DNA of 64,000 nt, from the NCBI GenBank assembly GCA_030390025.1, contig CM059432.1, positions 17,858,001-17,922,000 of the forward strand, read 5' to 3'. Source of the stretch: Squalus acanthias. Lineage: Eukaryota. How positions within the stretch are numbered: the first letter of the stretch is position 1; each line of letters begins with the position of its first letter. This document shows, piece after piece, positions 48,769 to 61,334 of this stretch. Under the pieces are notes generated by a model, which searched no databases, was not told the origin of the DNA, and saw only the letters and a program-made list of their open reading frames with translations. The translations under genes were made by a program, and so were the position numbers.

Positions 48769-49666
48769 CAAGATTGGCAGGCAAAACTTGAATTGAACAA
48801 TGGGCTGCCTTTAAAGAGGAGATGGTTTGGGTACAGTCGAGGTATATTCCCACGAGGGGAAAAGGTAGGGCAACCAAAGCCAGAGCTCCCTGGATGATGA
48901 AAGAGATAGAGAGTAAGATGAAGCAGAAAAAAGGGGCGTATGACAGATGTCAGGTTCAGAATACAAGTGAGAACCAGGCTGAATATAGGAAGTTCAGAGG
49001 GGAAGTGAAAAAGTAAATAAGAGGGGCAAAGAGAGAGCATGAGAATAGACTGGCAGCTAACATAAAGGGAATCCAAACGTCTTCTATAGGCATATAAATA
49101 GTAAACGGGAAGTAAGAGGAGGGGTGGGGCTGATTAGGGACCAAAATGGAGACCTACGCATGGAGGCAGAGGGTATGGCTGAGGTACTAAATGAGTACTT
49201 TGCATCTGTCTTTACCAAGGAAGAAGATGCTGCCAAAGTCTTAGTGAAAGAAAAGGTCATTGAGATACTGGATGGGATAAAAATTGATAAAGTGGAGGTA
49301 CTAGAAAGGCTGGCTGTAATTAAAGTACATAAGTCACCAGGACCGGATGGGATGCATCCTATGATGCTGAGGGAAGTAAAGGTGGAAATTGCGAAGGTAC
49401 TGGTCATAATCTTCCAATCCTCCTTGGATACGGGGGTGGTGCCAGAGGACTGGAGAATTGCAAATGTTACACCATTGTTCAAAAAAGGGTGTACGGATAA
49501 ACCCAGCAACTACAGGCCAATCAGCTTAAACTCATCGGAATCAAAGATTGGCAGGTAAAATGTAATTGAACAATGGGCTGCCTTTAAAGAGGAGATGGTT
49601 CGGGTACAGTCAAGGTACATTCCCACGAGGGGGAACGGTAGGGCAACCATAGCCAGAGCTCCCTGG
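48769..49666 (+). mobile_element. CR1 ORF2 linker/RT N-terminal fragment with a duplicated start
   Basis: LNEYFASVFT, KSPGPDG and NYRPISL. About 125 bp at 48769 is repeated at 49541. Confidence 0.8.
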
Positions 49667-52244
49667 CTTCAGGTCAAGCATGGGCAAGAAAACCTCCTGC
49701 TGATTACCACCTACCGCCCTCCCTCAACTGATGAATCAGTACTCCTCCATGTTGAACACCACTTGGAAGAAGCACTGAGAGGAGCAAGGGCACAGAATGT
49801 ACTCTGGGTGGGGGACTTCAACATCCATCACCAAGAGTGGCTCGGTAGCACCACTACTGACCGAGCTGGCCGAGTCCTGAAGGACATAGCTGCCAGTCTG
49901 GGCCTGCGACAGGTGCGGAGAGAACCAACACGAGGGAAATACCTACTTGACCTCGTCCTCACCAATCCACCTGTCGCAGATGCATCTGTCCATGACAACA
50001 TTGGTAGCAGTGACCACCTCACAGTCACGTTGGAGATGAAGTCCCATCTTCACACTGAGGACACCCTCCATCGTGTTGTGTGGCACTACCACCGTGCTAA
50101 ATGGGATAGATTCAGAACAGATCTAGCAGCTCAAAACTGGGCATCCATGAGGCGCTGTGGGCCATCAGCAGCAGCAGAATTGTATTCCACCACAATTTAT
50201 AACCTCATGGCCCAGCATTTCCCTCACTTTACCATTACCATCAAGCCAGGGGACCAACCCTGCTTCAATAATGAGTGTAGAAGAGCATGCCAGGAGCAGC
50301 ACCAGGCGTACCTAAAAATGAGGTGCCAACTTGGGGAAGTTGCAACACAGGACTACATACATGCTAAAAAGTGGAAGCAGCATTCTATAGACAGAGCTAA
50401 GTGATCCCACAATCAACGAATCAGATCAAAGCTCTGCAGTCCTGCCACATCCAGTCGTGAATGGTGGTGGACCATTAAACAACTAACGGGGAGGAGGATC
50501 CATGAATATCCCCATCCTCAATGATGGTGGAGCCGAGCACATGAGTGCAAAAGTCAAAGCTGAAGCGTTTGCAATCATCTTCAGCCAGAAGTGCCGAGTG
50601 GATGATCCATATCGGCCTCCTCCTGACGTCCCCACCACCACAGAAGCCAATCTTCAGCCAATTCGATTCACTCCACGTGATATCAAGAAACTGCTGAGCA
50701 CACTAGATGCAGCAAAGGCTGTGGGCCCATCAACAGCCTGGCTGTCGTGCTGAAGACTTGTGCTCCAGAACTAGCCAAGTTGTTCCAGTACAGCTATAAC
50801 ACTGGCATCTATCCGACATTGTGGAAAACTGACCAGGTATGTCATGTCCACAAAAAGCAGGACAAATCCAATCCGGCCAATTACTACCCCATCAGTCTAC
50901 TCTCAATCATCAGCAAAGTGATGGAAGGTGTCATCGACAGTGCTATCAAGCAGCACTTACTCACCAATAACCTGCTCACTGATGCCCAGTTTGGGTTCTG
51001 CCAGGACCACTCGACTCCAGACCTCATTACAGCCTTGGTCCAAACATGGACAAAAGAGCTGAATTCCAGAGGTGAGGTGAGAGTGATTGCCCTTGACATC
51101 AAGGCAGCATTTGACCGAGTGTTGCATCAAGGAGCCGTGGTAAAACTGAGTCAATGGAAATCGGGGTGGAAACTCTCCACTGGCTGGAGTCATACCTAGC
51201 ACAAAGGAAGATGGTTGTGGTAGTTGGAGGTCAATCATCACAGCACCAGGACATCGCTGCAGGAGTTCCTCAGGGCAGCATCCTAGGCCCAACCATCTTC
51301 AGCTGCTTCATCAATATGATCTTTCCTCCATCATAAGGTCAGAAGTGGGGATGTTCGCTGATGACTGCACAGTGTTCAGTGCCATTCGCAACTCCTCAGA
51401 TAATGAAGTAGTCCATGCCCGCGTGCAGCAAGAGCTGGACGAAATTCAGGTGGCAGGTAACATTCGTGCCACACAAGTGCCAGGCAATGACTATCTCCAA
51501 CAAGCGAGAGTCTAACCACTGCCCCTTGACATTCAACGGCATTACCATCACCGAATCCCCCACCATTAATATCCTGGGGGTTACCATTGACCAGAAACTT
51601 AACTGGACCAGCCACATAAATACTGTGGTGACAAGAGCAGGTCAGAGGCTGGGTATTCTGTGGCGAGTGTCTCACCTCCTGACTCACCAAATCCTTTCAA
51701 CCATCTACAAGGCACAAGTCAGGAGTGTGATGGAATACTCTCCACTTGCCTGGATGAGTGCAGCTTCAACAACACTCAAGCAGCTCAACACCATCCAAGA
51801 CAAAGTAGCTCGCTTAATTGGCACCCCATCCACCACCTAAAACATTCACTCCCTCCACCACCAGCGTACCATGGCTGCAGTGTGTACCATCTACAAGATG
51901 CACTGCAGCAACTTGCCAAGGCTTCTTCAGCAGTACCTCCCAAACCCGTGACCTCTACCACCTAGAAGGACAAGGGCAGCAGGCGCATGGGAACACCACC
52001 ACCTCCAAGTTCCCCTCCAAGTCACACATCATCCTGACTTGGAAGCATATCGTCATTCCTTCATCATCGCTGGGTCAAAATCCTGGAACTCCCTACCTAA
52101 CAGCACTGTGGGAGTACCTTTACCTCATGGATTGCAGCGGTTCAAGAAAGCGGCTCACCACCACCTTCTCAAGGGCAATTAGGGTTGGGCAATAAATGCT
52201 GGCCTTACCAGCGATGCCCACATCCCATGAACGAATAAAAAAAA
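49667..52244 (+). mobile_element. CR1-group (CR1/L2 superclade) LINE, degenerate ORF2 with APE and RT
   Basis: YRPP, VGDFN, LDLVL and SDH endonuclease motifs; RT motifs YPISLLSIISK, LDIKAAFDRV and GVPQGSILGP; stops and frameshifts; poly(A)-like end. Confidence 0.88.
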
Positions 52245-53167
52245 AGCTTTTGGAAACGATAATCTGGGCCAAAATTAACAGTCACTTGAATCTCCCAATA
52301 GAATGGAAGTATCAAGATTGAAAAGGAGAGAAGATGAGGTACATCGGGAAAGAGCGATTAAATGGCACAAAGCTTTTTTTCTCGAAATTTTCTTCTCTTT
52401 GTTTTCCCTCTCCTACTCTCCTGAAGGCATTGTGCCCTCTACCTTCAATCTGCAACTTGGTTTATCAATTTAAAATGTAGATGAGAGTAAAGGGAAGATT
52501 TGCTGTGACCTGTCATTGGTGAGGAGCAGACTAGAAATGAACCATAATGGAACTAAACTGTCCTGGTAGTAAAGGCAGCCACCAGGCCAAGACCACTGAG
52601 ATTAACAAGAATTCAGAGTCTCAGAAGTTTTGGAAAATTAAGAGTAAAGAAAGGTCATAGACCAAGAGCAAGACACGTTGCACATAAGTACTAGAATTCC
52701 ACTTTACAAGAATATTTTAAAAGCAATTCGAGATAAATAAGAAAACAAATACAACTATAAAATTAGATATTAAAGAGAATGGGAACAAAAGAAAGAGACA
52801 CAAGCAATGAGAGTCTGTGGTGTAGTATGCTGATAAGGTAACTAAGCATAGCGAAACCCTATTAAGCAGCACCTGGGAACTCCAAGTGATTTATCGATTG
52901 GAGCCTGACTGTCTCGAGTTTTCTGAGAACTGTTAAGTCAGGTTTCCAGTAAGCAGCACACAGGAATCAACTGTCTGTTCTCTGTTCTTTAACATGTCGC
53001 CTCCACTTGTTTTCAGTAAAGTTTATAACACGCTCAGAAATCATAGTGATGTTGAGTTTTATTTGTAGCTGGGGCAACCCCAAATATTGGCGACAAAGAA
53101 TTGGTTAACAAGGATCAATAAGGAAGGTTTTTCAGTCCCAGTTGCAGCGCTGGTGCTTACACATGTT

Positions 53168-54520
53168 CGAAACATAAGAACATAAGAAATAGGAGCAGGA
53201 TTAGGCCACTTGGCCCCTTGAGCCTGCTTCGCCATTCAATAAGATCATGGCTGATCTTGGACTCAAAGCCACTTCCCCGCCCGCTCCCCATAACCCTTCA
53301 CTCCCTTATCTTGCAAAAATCTGTCTATCTCCACCTTAAATGTATTTAATGACCCAGCCTCCACAGCTCTCTGGGGCAGAGAATTCCACAGATTTACGAC
53401 CCACTGAGAGAATAAATTCCTCCTCATCTCAGTTCTAAAAGGGCGACCCTTTATTCTGAAACTGTGTCCCCGCGTTCTAGATTTCCCCACGAGGGGAAAC
53501 ATCCTCTCTGCATCTATCCTGTCGAGCCCCCTCAGTATCTTATATGTTTCAATAAGATCACCTCTCATTCTTCTAAATTCCAATGAGTATAGGCCCAGCC
53601 TGCTCAACCTTTCCTCATAAGTCAAACCCCTCATCTCTGGAATCAACCGAGTGAATCGTCTCTGAACTGCCTCCAATGCAAGTATATCCTTCCTTAAATA
53701 AGGAAACCAAAACTGTACGCAGTACTCAAGGTGTGGTCTCACCAATACCCTGTACAGTTGTAGCAGGACTTCCCTGTTTTTATACTCCAAGCCCCTTGAA
53801 ATAAAGGCCAACATTCCATTTGCCTTTTTGATTACTTGCTGTACCTGCATGCTAACTTTTTGTGTTTCATGCACAAGGACCCCCAGGTCCCTCTGAACTG
53901 TAGCATTTTGTAATCTCTCTCCATTTAAATAATAATTTGCTTTTTTATTTTTCTTGCCAAAGTGTATAACCTCGCACTTTCCCATATTATACTCCATCTG
54001 CCAAATGTTTGCCCACTCACTTAGCCTGTCTATATCCCTTTGCAGATTCTTTGTGTCCTCTGCACAACTTGCTTTCCCACCCATCTTTGTATCATCCGCA
54101 AACTTGGCTACATTACACTCGATCCCTTCATCCAAGTCATTAATGTAGATTGTAAATAGTTGAGGCCCCAGCACCGATCCCTGTGGCACCCCACTAGTTA
54201 CCGTTTGCCAGCCGGAAAATGACCCATTCATCCCGACTCTCTGCTTTCTGTTAGTTAGCCAATTCTCTATCCAAGCTAATATATTACCCCCAATTCCGTG
54301 AGCTCTTATCTTACGCAGTAACCTTTTATGTGGCACCTTATCGAATGCCTTCTGGAAATCCAAATACACCACATCTACTGGTTCACCTTTGTCCACCCTG
54401 CTCATTACATCCTCAAAGAACTCCAGCAAATTTGTTAAACATGATTTCCCTTTCATAAAACCATGCTGACTCTGCCTGACTGCATTATGATTTTCCAAAT
54501 GCCCTGCTACTGCTTCCTTA
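53168..54520 (-). mobile_element. 5'-truncated CR1 LINE
   Basis: Open RT ORF at 53263-54498 and (ttcttatg)n tail. Confidence 0.92.
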
Positions 54521-54607
54521 ACAGCTGTCCTGGCCAGATCTTTGGGGATTAACCCTCATTTAATATTCAAGGTGAGCTCCCCAGGCATGGGGTTTGTATA
54601 TCTGGCA

Positions 54608-54935
54608 TGGCTGGGTACGGTAGTGTAGTGGTTATGTTAGTGATCCAGAGGCCTGGGCTAATAATCCAGCTGGTGTCAGTAAAAGTGACCATGAAGCTGT
54701 CATATTGCCGAAAAAGACACTACTGCTTCACTGAGGGGAAAGAAACCTCCCGTCATTACAACTTGCGGTTGACTCTCACGTGCCTTTAGAAGTGGACTAG
54801 CAAGTCTCTCTCAGTTGCATCAAACCGCTACCAGCTGCTCAAGAAGAATGCCCACCACCACCTTCTCAGGGAAACTAGGGATGGGCAATAAATGTCGGCT
54901 TTGCTATTGATGACCACCGCCGAGAATGAAGTAAA
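54608..54935 (+). mobile_element. tRNA-derived SINE sharing its 3' tail with the 49667-52244 LINE; relatives at ~60120-60355(+) and 62910-62960(-)
   Basis: Head tagtgtagtggttatgt; tail caccaccaccttctcaggg...gatgggcaataaatg matches 52157-52200. Confidence 0.65.
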
Positions 54936-55157
54936 TAGAAATGCCAGCAGCCCTTAGATTAAGGATTTAAAAGATGCGGCTACTTAAAGACAGGTGACTG
55001 CAAGTGGGGACAAGAAATTGTTGGCAGCCTTTTCAAAGGCTGTATGGGGGGAAAAAAATAAATATAAATAGCTGTCAAAACCAGTGGAGGGTGGGAGCAA
55101 TGTCCCCCCCAATTTTCTTTTTGGGTGCATGGTCCCTTTAACGGGCTGTGCGGCCCG

Positions 55158-55925
55158 TATTTATTAATGGCTTGGATGAAGGAATAGAAAGTTGCATATC
55201 CAAAGATTGCAGATGGCACTGAGTTCGGAGGCACAGTAAGTTGAGTAGATGGGAGCAGGAAGTCACAAAGGGACATAGGCAGATTAAATGAGTGGACAAA
55301 AAGTATTACAGATTGGAGTTTATCCTGGAGAAATGTGAGGACATCCATTTTGAATCCAAGGAAGACAAATTGGGTTATTTTCTTCCTTCCTAGGAGTTGT
55401 GGAGGAGAAAAGGGATTTTGGGTGTCCATGTATAGAAATTACTAAAGCCAGTGCACAGGTACAAAAAGTAATCAAAAATGGCTAATGGAATATTGGCCTT
55501 TATTTCAAGAGGGTTGAAATACAAAGGGGAGGAAGTTATGCTTCAGTTGTACAGAGCCTTGGTTAGACTCCATCTGGGACTGCTGCGTTCAGTTTTGACA
55601 CCTCAGCAGAGATACATTGGCCTTGAAGATTCACCAGAATGATACCAGGGTTTAAAGAGTCAAAGAATGAGGTTGTATAAACTTGGCTTGTATTCCCTTG
55701 AGCTTAGAAGGTTGAGGGTGATCTAATTGAGGTGTTTAAAATGATAAAAAAGGATTTGATAAGGTAGATACAGTGAAACTATTTTCACCGATAGGGGAAT
55801 CCAGAACAAGAGGGCACAATCTTAGAATTAGAGCCAGGCCATTCAGGAGTGAAATCAGGAAGCACTTTTACACACTAAAGGTAGTGGAAATCTAGAATTC
55901 CCTCCCTTCAATGGCTGTGAATGTT
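55158..55925 (+). mobile_element. Old degenerate CR1 RT fragment
   Basis: Decayed KFADD to RVVEIWN region. Confidence 0.65.
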
Positions 55926-56334
55926 ATGTGGCAATTTGTTCGTGGATTGAGAAATACAACCACAGAGAAAAAGCGATTGTCAGATGTGGTGCTGGCTCAA
56001 GAAGAACAAACGTGTATTTCTATAGAACGAAGAAAAACAAGCAAGAAAGAACTTGCATTTATCCAGCACCTTTTACATCCTAATGAGGTACTTTCTGAAG
56101 CATTGTTTGAAGTGTACTCACAGCAAGGCCCTACCAACAGCAATCAGATAAATGACCAGTTTATCTGTTTTGGTGGTGTTGGCTGAAGGATAAACTCCTC
56201 TGCTCTTCTTGAAATAGTGCCATCAGATCTTTTACGACCATCTGAGCAGACAGACAGTACATCAGTTTAATGTCTCAGCACCTCTGACAATGCAGCACTC
56301 CTTCAGAACTGTACTCAGACTAGATTATGTGCTG

Positions 56335-57116
56335 CAACTCCACCAACTCCATCCCTCTTCCCGGCAACTGTCTGAGGCTGAACCAGACTGTTCGCAACCT
56401 TGGTGTCATATTTGGCCCCAAAATGAGCTTCTGACCACATATCCTTACCATTATTAAGGCCGCCTATTTCCACCTCCGTAACATCGTCCGACTCCACCCC
56501 GCCTCAGCTCATCTGCTGCTGAAACCCTCATCCACGCCTTTGTTACCTCTAGACTTGACTATTCCAATGCACTCCTGGCCGGCCTCCTACGTTCTACCCT
56601 CCGTTAACTTTAGTTCATCCAAAACTCTGCTGCTCGTGTCCTAACTCGCACCGTGTTCCATTCACCCATCACCCCTGTGCTCGCTGACCTACATTGGCTC
56701 ACAGTTAAGCAATGCCTCGATTTTAAAATTCTCATCCTTGTTTTCAAACCCTTCATAGCCTCGCCCCTCCCTATCTCTGTAATCTCCTCCAGCCCCACAA
56801 ACCTCCCCCCCCCCGCCCCCCGTGATATCTGCGCTCCTCTAATTTTGCCCTCTTGAGCATCTCTGATTATAATCACTCAACCATTGATGGCCGTGCCTTC
56901 TGTTGCCTAGGCCTTAAGCTCTGGAATTCCCTGCCTAAACCTCTCCGCCTCTCTACCTCTCTTTCCTCCTTTAAGACGCTCCTTAAAACCTACCTCTTTG
57001 GCCAAGCTTTTGGTCACCTGCCCTAATATCTCCTTATGTGGCTCCTGTGAAGCGCCTTGGGACGTTTTACTACATTAAAGGCGCTATGTAAATACAACTT
57101 GTTGTTGCTGTTGTTG
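56335..57116 (+). mobile_element. L2 LINE 3' fragment. Further L2 tails at ~27835-28135(-), 32220-32643(+), 40944-41153(-), 58750-59250(+) and 60645-61111(+)
   Basis: Same sequence as 13735-14830, ending aaaggcgctat...ttgttgttg. Confidence 0.85.
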
Positions 57117-57821
57117 TAAGTGGGGCTTGAACCCACAACTCAAAGGTAAGTGTGCTGCCACTGAACTTAGCTTTCAATACAAATACAAATAGCTGACAAA
57201 AATTCAAATGAATTGAAAGGCATCAACTCTGGCCCATCAGAGCTAAAACCGGAGATTAAGTAAAAGTCATTTAACTCCAAGTTAAAAGATTCTTCACAGC
57301 CACAAACAAGTTAATATAAAGGAACCAGATAACAAGAACAGGCATTAGCAATTTAGTAAAGGAGAGCACTCACCTGCCTGGGAAGAGCATGGAGTGGGAT
57401 GATGACTTGTCTAATGAGGTTCATGAGTATACATCAGACTCACTGGGTTCTTTCCTTCAGTGTCACTTTATATGGATGGTAAGCTTTCTTAAAAGTGATG
57501 CTTATAAATACACTTGCAGCTCAGCACAGGTTCCACACTGAGTATCAGTGAGCAGGGTCAAACTGGTCGCATTCATTTCCAGCCATTGTCAGCTTGGCTC
57601 AGTGCTAGAGCCATAATTAACCCATCTTCACTTAACCGTCTTCCAGTCCTGCATCACATTTCCAGTTGGGTGCTGCAGTTGTTTAACGGTGGCTGTGCTT
57701 GCATAATCATTTCTTCTTTTCAGTAATTTTCAGTGCTTATGACAGAAATTAGAGATGGGCAATAAATGCTGGTCTTGTTAGTGATGTCCATGTCCCGAGA
57801 ATGAATAAACAAAAACACCAT

Positions 57822-58636
57822 GGGCCACATTTTACTACAGCGGCTGCCGTTAGTTAGACTTGCCCTTGCCCGTTTAGGTTTTGCAATTTTTTGCGTGGCA
57901 AGCTGCTGAAAGTGTGAGCTGATAACGTCACAGCGAGGGAAACCAGGCATCCGGGACCTGAGTGAACAGGGAAAGTAACTGTGTATCTTCTTAACCAATC
58001 AGATTGAAGGATTGTGAAATTAACAGCGCAAGGACTGAGAAGGAAGTGTAAATTAGAGTGGGTGAATTCAATGCCAGATCAGGTGCAGAAAGAGAAATAA
58101 AGAGAGGGAAAGAACAATTGGATTAAGAGTGAGAGAGAAAAAAGAGACAGAAAGGAAAAGTGAAAACAAATTTAATTTTACATGTTTTAAAATCTCCAAT
58201 AATTAAATCCTGAAGGAATGAGGCTCCACACTTGTAATAGTTCATGTTCAGTGCCAGAGAGGTTGATTAACGGTAATTAACACTTAGGATGTCGTTATAA
58301 GTATTTCTGACAGCTAAAAAGCTCTCTTTGTGTGAATCCAGTCTTAACTAAATATGTGCAGACCTTAAATGGCTCCAAAACAGGCTCCTTGTGTCATTTC
58401 AGACCAGCTCTAGCTTTCTGTGGCGAGCTTAGTTTGTATCTACTGCACAAATACAGCCATTCAATAGTGAGGCAGACAGCGAGATGCCATTTTCGCGAAG
58501 CTAACAGCGGAACAACTTTTGGATTTTTGAGTTTAGCTACGGATCTGCCCCTCGCCTGAAGTTGCTGTACCATTTACGCATAAATAACGGCGAGCGCCAT
58601 TAGCCTCGTCTTTATTTTGACAGCAAAATCTGGTCC
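57822..58636. mobile_element. Older Harbinger-type MITE
   Basis: Imperfect TIR GGGCCACATTTTACT / GGACCAGATTTTGCT(rc), flanks CAT/AAT. Confidence 0.6.
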
Positions 58637-61334
58637 AATGTAATAATGCTCATCTATACTTATCAGACTCGGGGGTGGGGCTCTTACTCCTTCCGTGCAC
58701 TTTTCTCTGGATGCTAGCTTTCTTAAAACAATTGCTTACAAGTACACACTTGAGTTCATCCAAAACTCAGCTGCCCATATCCTAACTCGCACCAAGTCCC
58801 GTTCACCCATCACTGACCTACATTGGCTCCCGGTCCGGCAATGCCTCAATTTTAAAATTCTCATCCTTGTTTTCAAATTCCTCCATGCCCTCGCCCCTTC
58901 CTATCTCTGTAATCTCCTCCAGCCCTACAGCCCTCCGAGATATCTGCGCTCCTCCAATTCTGGTTTCTTGCGCATCCCCAATTTTAATCGCCTCACCATT
59001 GTCGGCCGTTCCTTCAGCTGCCGAGGCCCTAAGCTCTGGAATTCCCTCCCTAAACCTCTCCACTTCTCTACCTCTCTCCTTCTTTAAGACACTCCTTAAA
59101 ACCAACCTCTTTGACCAAGCTTTTGGTCACTTGTCCTAATCGCCTCTTCTGTGGCTCGGTGTCAAATTTTGTTCGATAACGCTCCTGTGAAGCACCTTGG
59201 GATGTTTTACTACATTAAAGGCCCTATATAAATGTAACCTGCTGTTGTGGTTGGGTAAAAATCGACTTTAGCGGGGGTTCAAAATGGACGGTACCACATC
59301 GTCCGCCCATTATAGAAAAGGAGAGGAAATTCGGGCAGCGCGTATAATGGGCGGCTGATCCCTTACCTCCCGTTTCCTCCCCTCCTCCGAAGTTGAACTT
59401 TATGCTCACGCAGTTTTACACTGCCTCTACACTGAGTAGGAGGAAACTGGCTATAACTGGTTGTATTCAATTACAATAAATTGACAGCCGATTGGGAAAA
59501 TCCAGATTGAATCCAATGGTGCCAAAACAGTGCGATCTCCATTCTGTGAATGATTCAATTCTAACACTATTGTCACAGCTTGAGTTATGAGTTTTTGTTT
59601 GCTGGAATGAAAATCTTAACCTTAGCAACTGATGCCTCCAAGTTATGAGGCATTGGCAAATAATATATTGAAACATTTTGGCTTCAGAAAATATTTGATT
59701 AAATCTAAGTACAGGTTTAAGCTTGTGAAACTGTTCATGATTGCGTCCTTATTTTACATGGTGATTTGGTCTGTTTCTTCATCATCTGTCGTTGTTCCAT
59801 TTGCAGAAAAGACTCTTTCTCATTCTCCTCTGCAGACTTTGGCTGAACAATCAACATTTCCGTCACAGATATTGCGAGCTTGATAAGCTTCTTATGGAAA
59901 CAATAAAGCCATAGATAGACATGTCCAGGAGATACTTGTGGTTTCAGCTGTTACGGTCACAGCACTCACTGTAGGACAGAAAAGGTCAAATTCTTTGTCC
60001 TCATCCTTAGCTCTGCTAGAGGAACCACATTTATCTGCAGCTCATTTTTCACTGGGAAAAGAACTATATTTGTGCTGGAATTCCCATCAAAGGCTGGGAT
60101 CTATCTGACAATTGAATCTGACAGAGACGTGAGTTCAAATCCCACCACGGCAGCTGGGGAATTTAAATTCAGTTAATTAAATAAATCTGGAATAAAAAGT
60201 TAGTATCAGTAATGGTGACCATGAAACTACCGGAGTGTCGTAAAAACCCTGCTGGTTCACTAATGTCCTTTAGGGAAGCAAATCTGCCGTCCTTACCCGG
60301 TCTGGCAGGTAACTCCAGACCCAAAGCAATGTGGTTGACTCTTAACTGCCCTCTGCCAATTTGTACCAGGCGATAAGCGGCCTAACAAACTTAAAGGGGC
60401 CATTGGTGGCTGCTCCAGAAAAAGGCCCCAAATATTTTTAGTATTTTATTTTTATGGACTGGTACGAACAGGAATTCTCCTCCCAGCACCATATAATATT
60501 GTGGCCTGCTGCTGGCCCATGATCTCCACCCACTCCGGGATCAGCCCCCCCTCCCTGCTGACCGGCTCAATGTCGGACTCGACCGATTTATCGCCCTCTC
60601 ACAATCAGTGATCTGCAGTGGAGCGCCCGTTTAATGTTTAGTGTATCCTGACTCGCACCAAGTCCTGTTCACCCATCACCCCTGTGCTCGCTGACCTTAA
60701 TTGGTTCCCAGTTCAGCAATGCCTCGATTTAAAAATTCACATCCTTGTACTCAAATCCCTCCATGGCCTCACCCTCTCACTTTCTCTGAAACCTTCTCCA
60801 GCCCTACAACCCTCCGAGATCTCTGCGCTTCTCCAATTCTGGCCTCTTGTGCATCCTCGATCTCCTTCGCCCCACCATTGGCGGCCGTGCCTTCAGCTGC
60901 CTAGGCCCCAATCTCTGGAATACCCTCCCTAAACCTCTCCGCGTCTCTACCTCGCTCTCCTCCATTAAGACATTCCTTAAAACCTACCACTTTGACCAAG
61001 CTTTTCTAATATCTCCTTATGTGGCTTGCTGTCAAATTTTGTCTGATAACACTCTTGTGAAACACCTTGGGATGTTTTACTACGTTAATGGCGCTATACA
61101 AGTTGTTGTTGCAGCTCGTTGGCCAAACTTGGAAAATGTTTTTTGGGCCTCTCAACACAGGCTTCGGGCGGCAGACACAACCGCCCTGCTGACTTCAGCA
61201 TTGTTTCAAATGGAAGTTGAAGAGTTCCACCCATAACTCAAAAGCACAATACTGTGACATAAATGAAAGAACCATCGGAAGTCAAAGTCCCCGTCAAGAT
61301 ATTCCGCTTCGCTCTGGGCGCAAAAATGCCCAAT

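Noticed and set aside
59735..59970. Possible terminal exon of an upstream minus-strand gene (acceptor-like TTTTCTGTCCTACAG)
   Set aside because: All frames after the acceptor stop early or give no recognisable protein.
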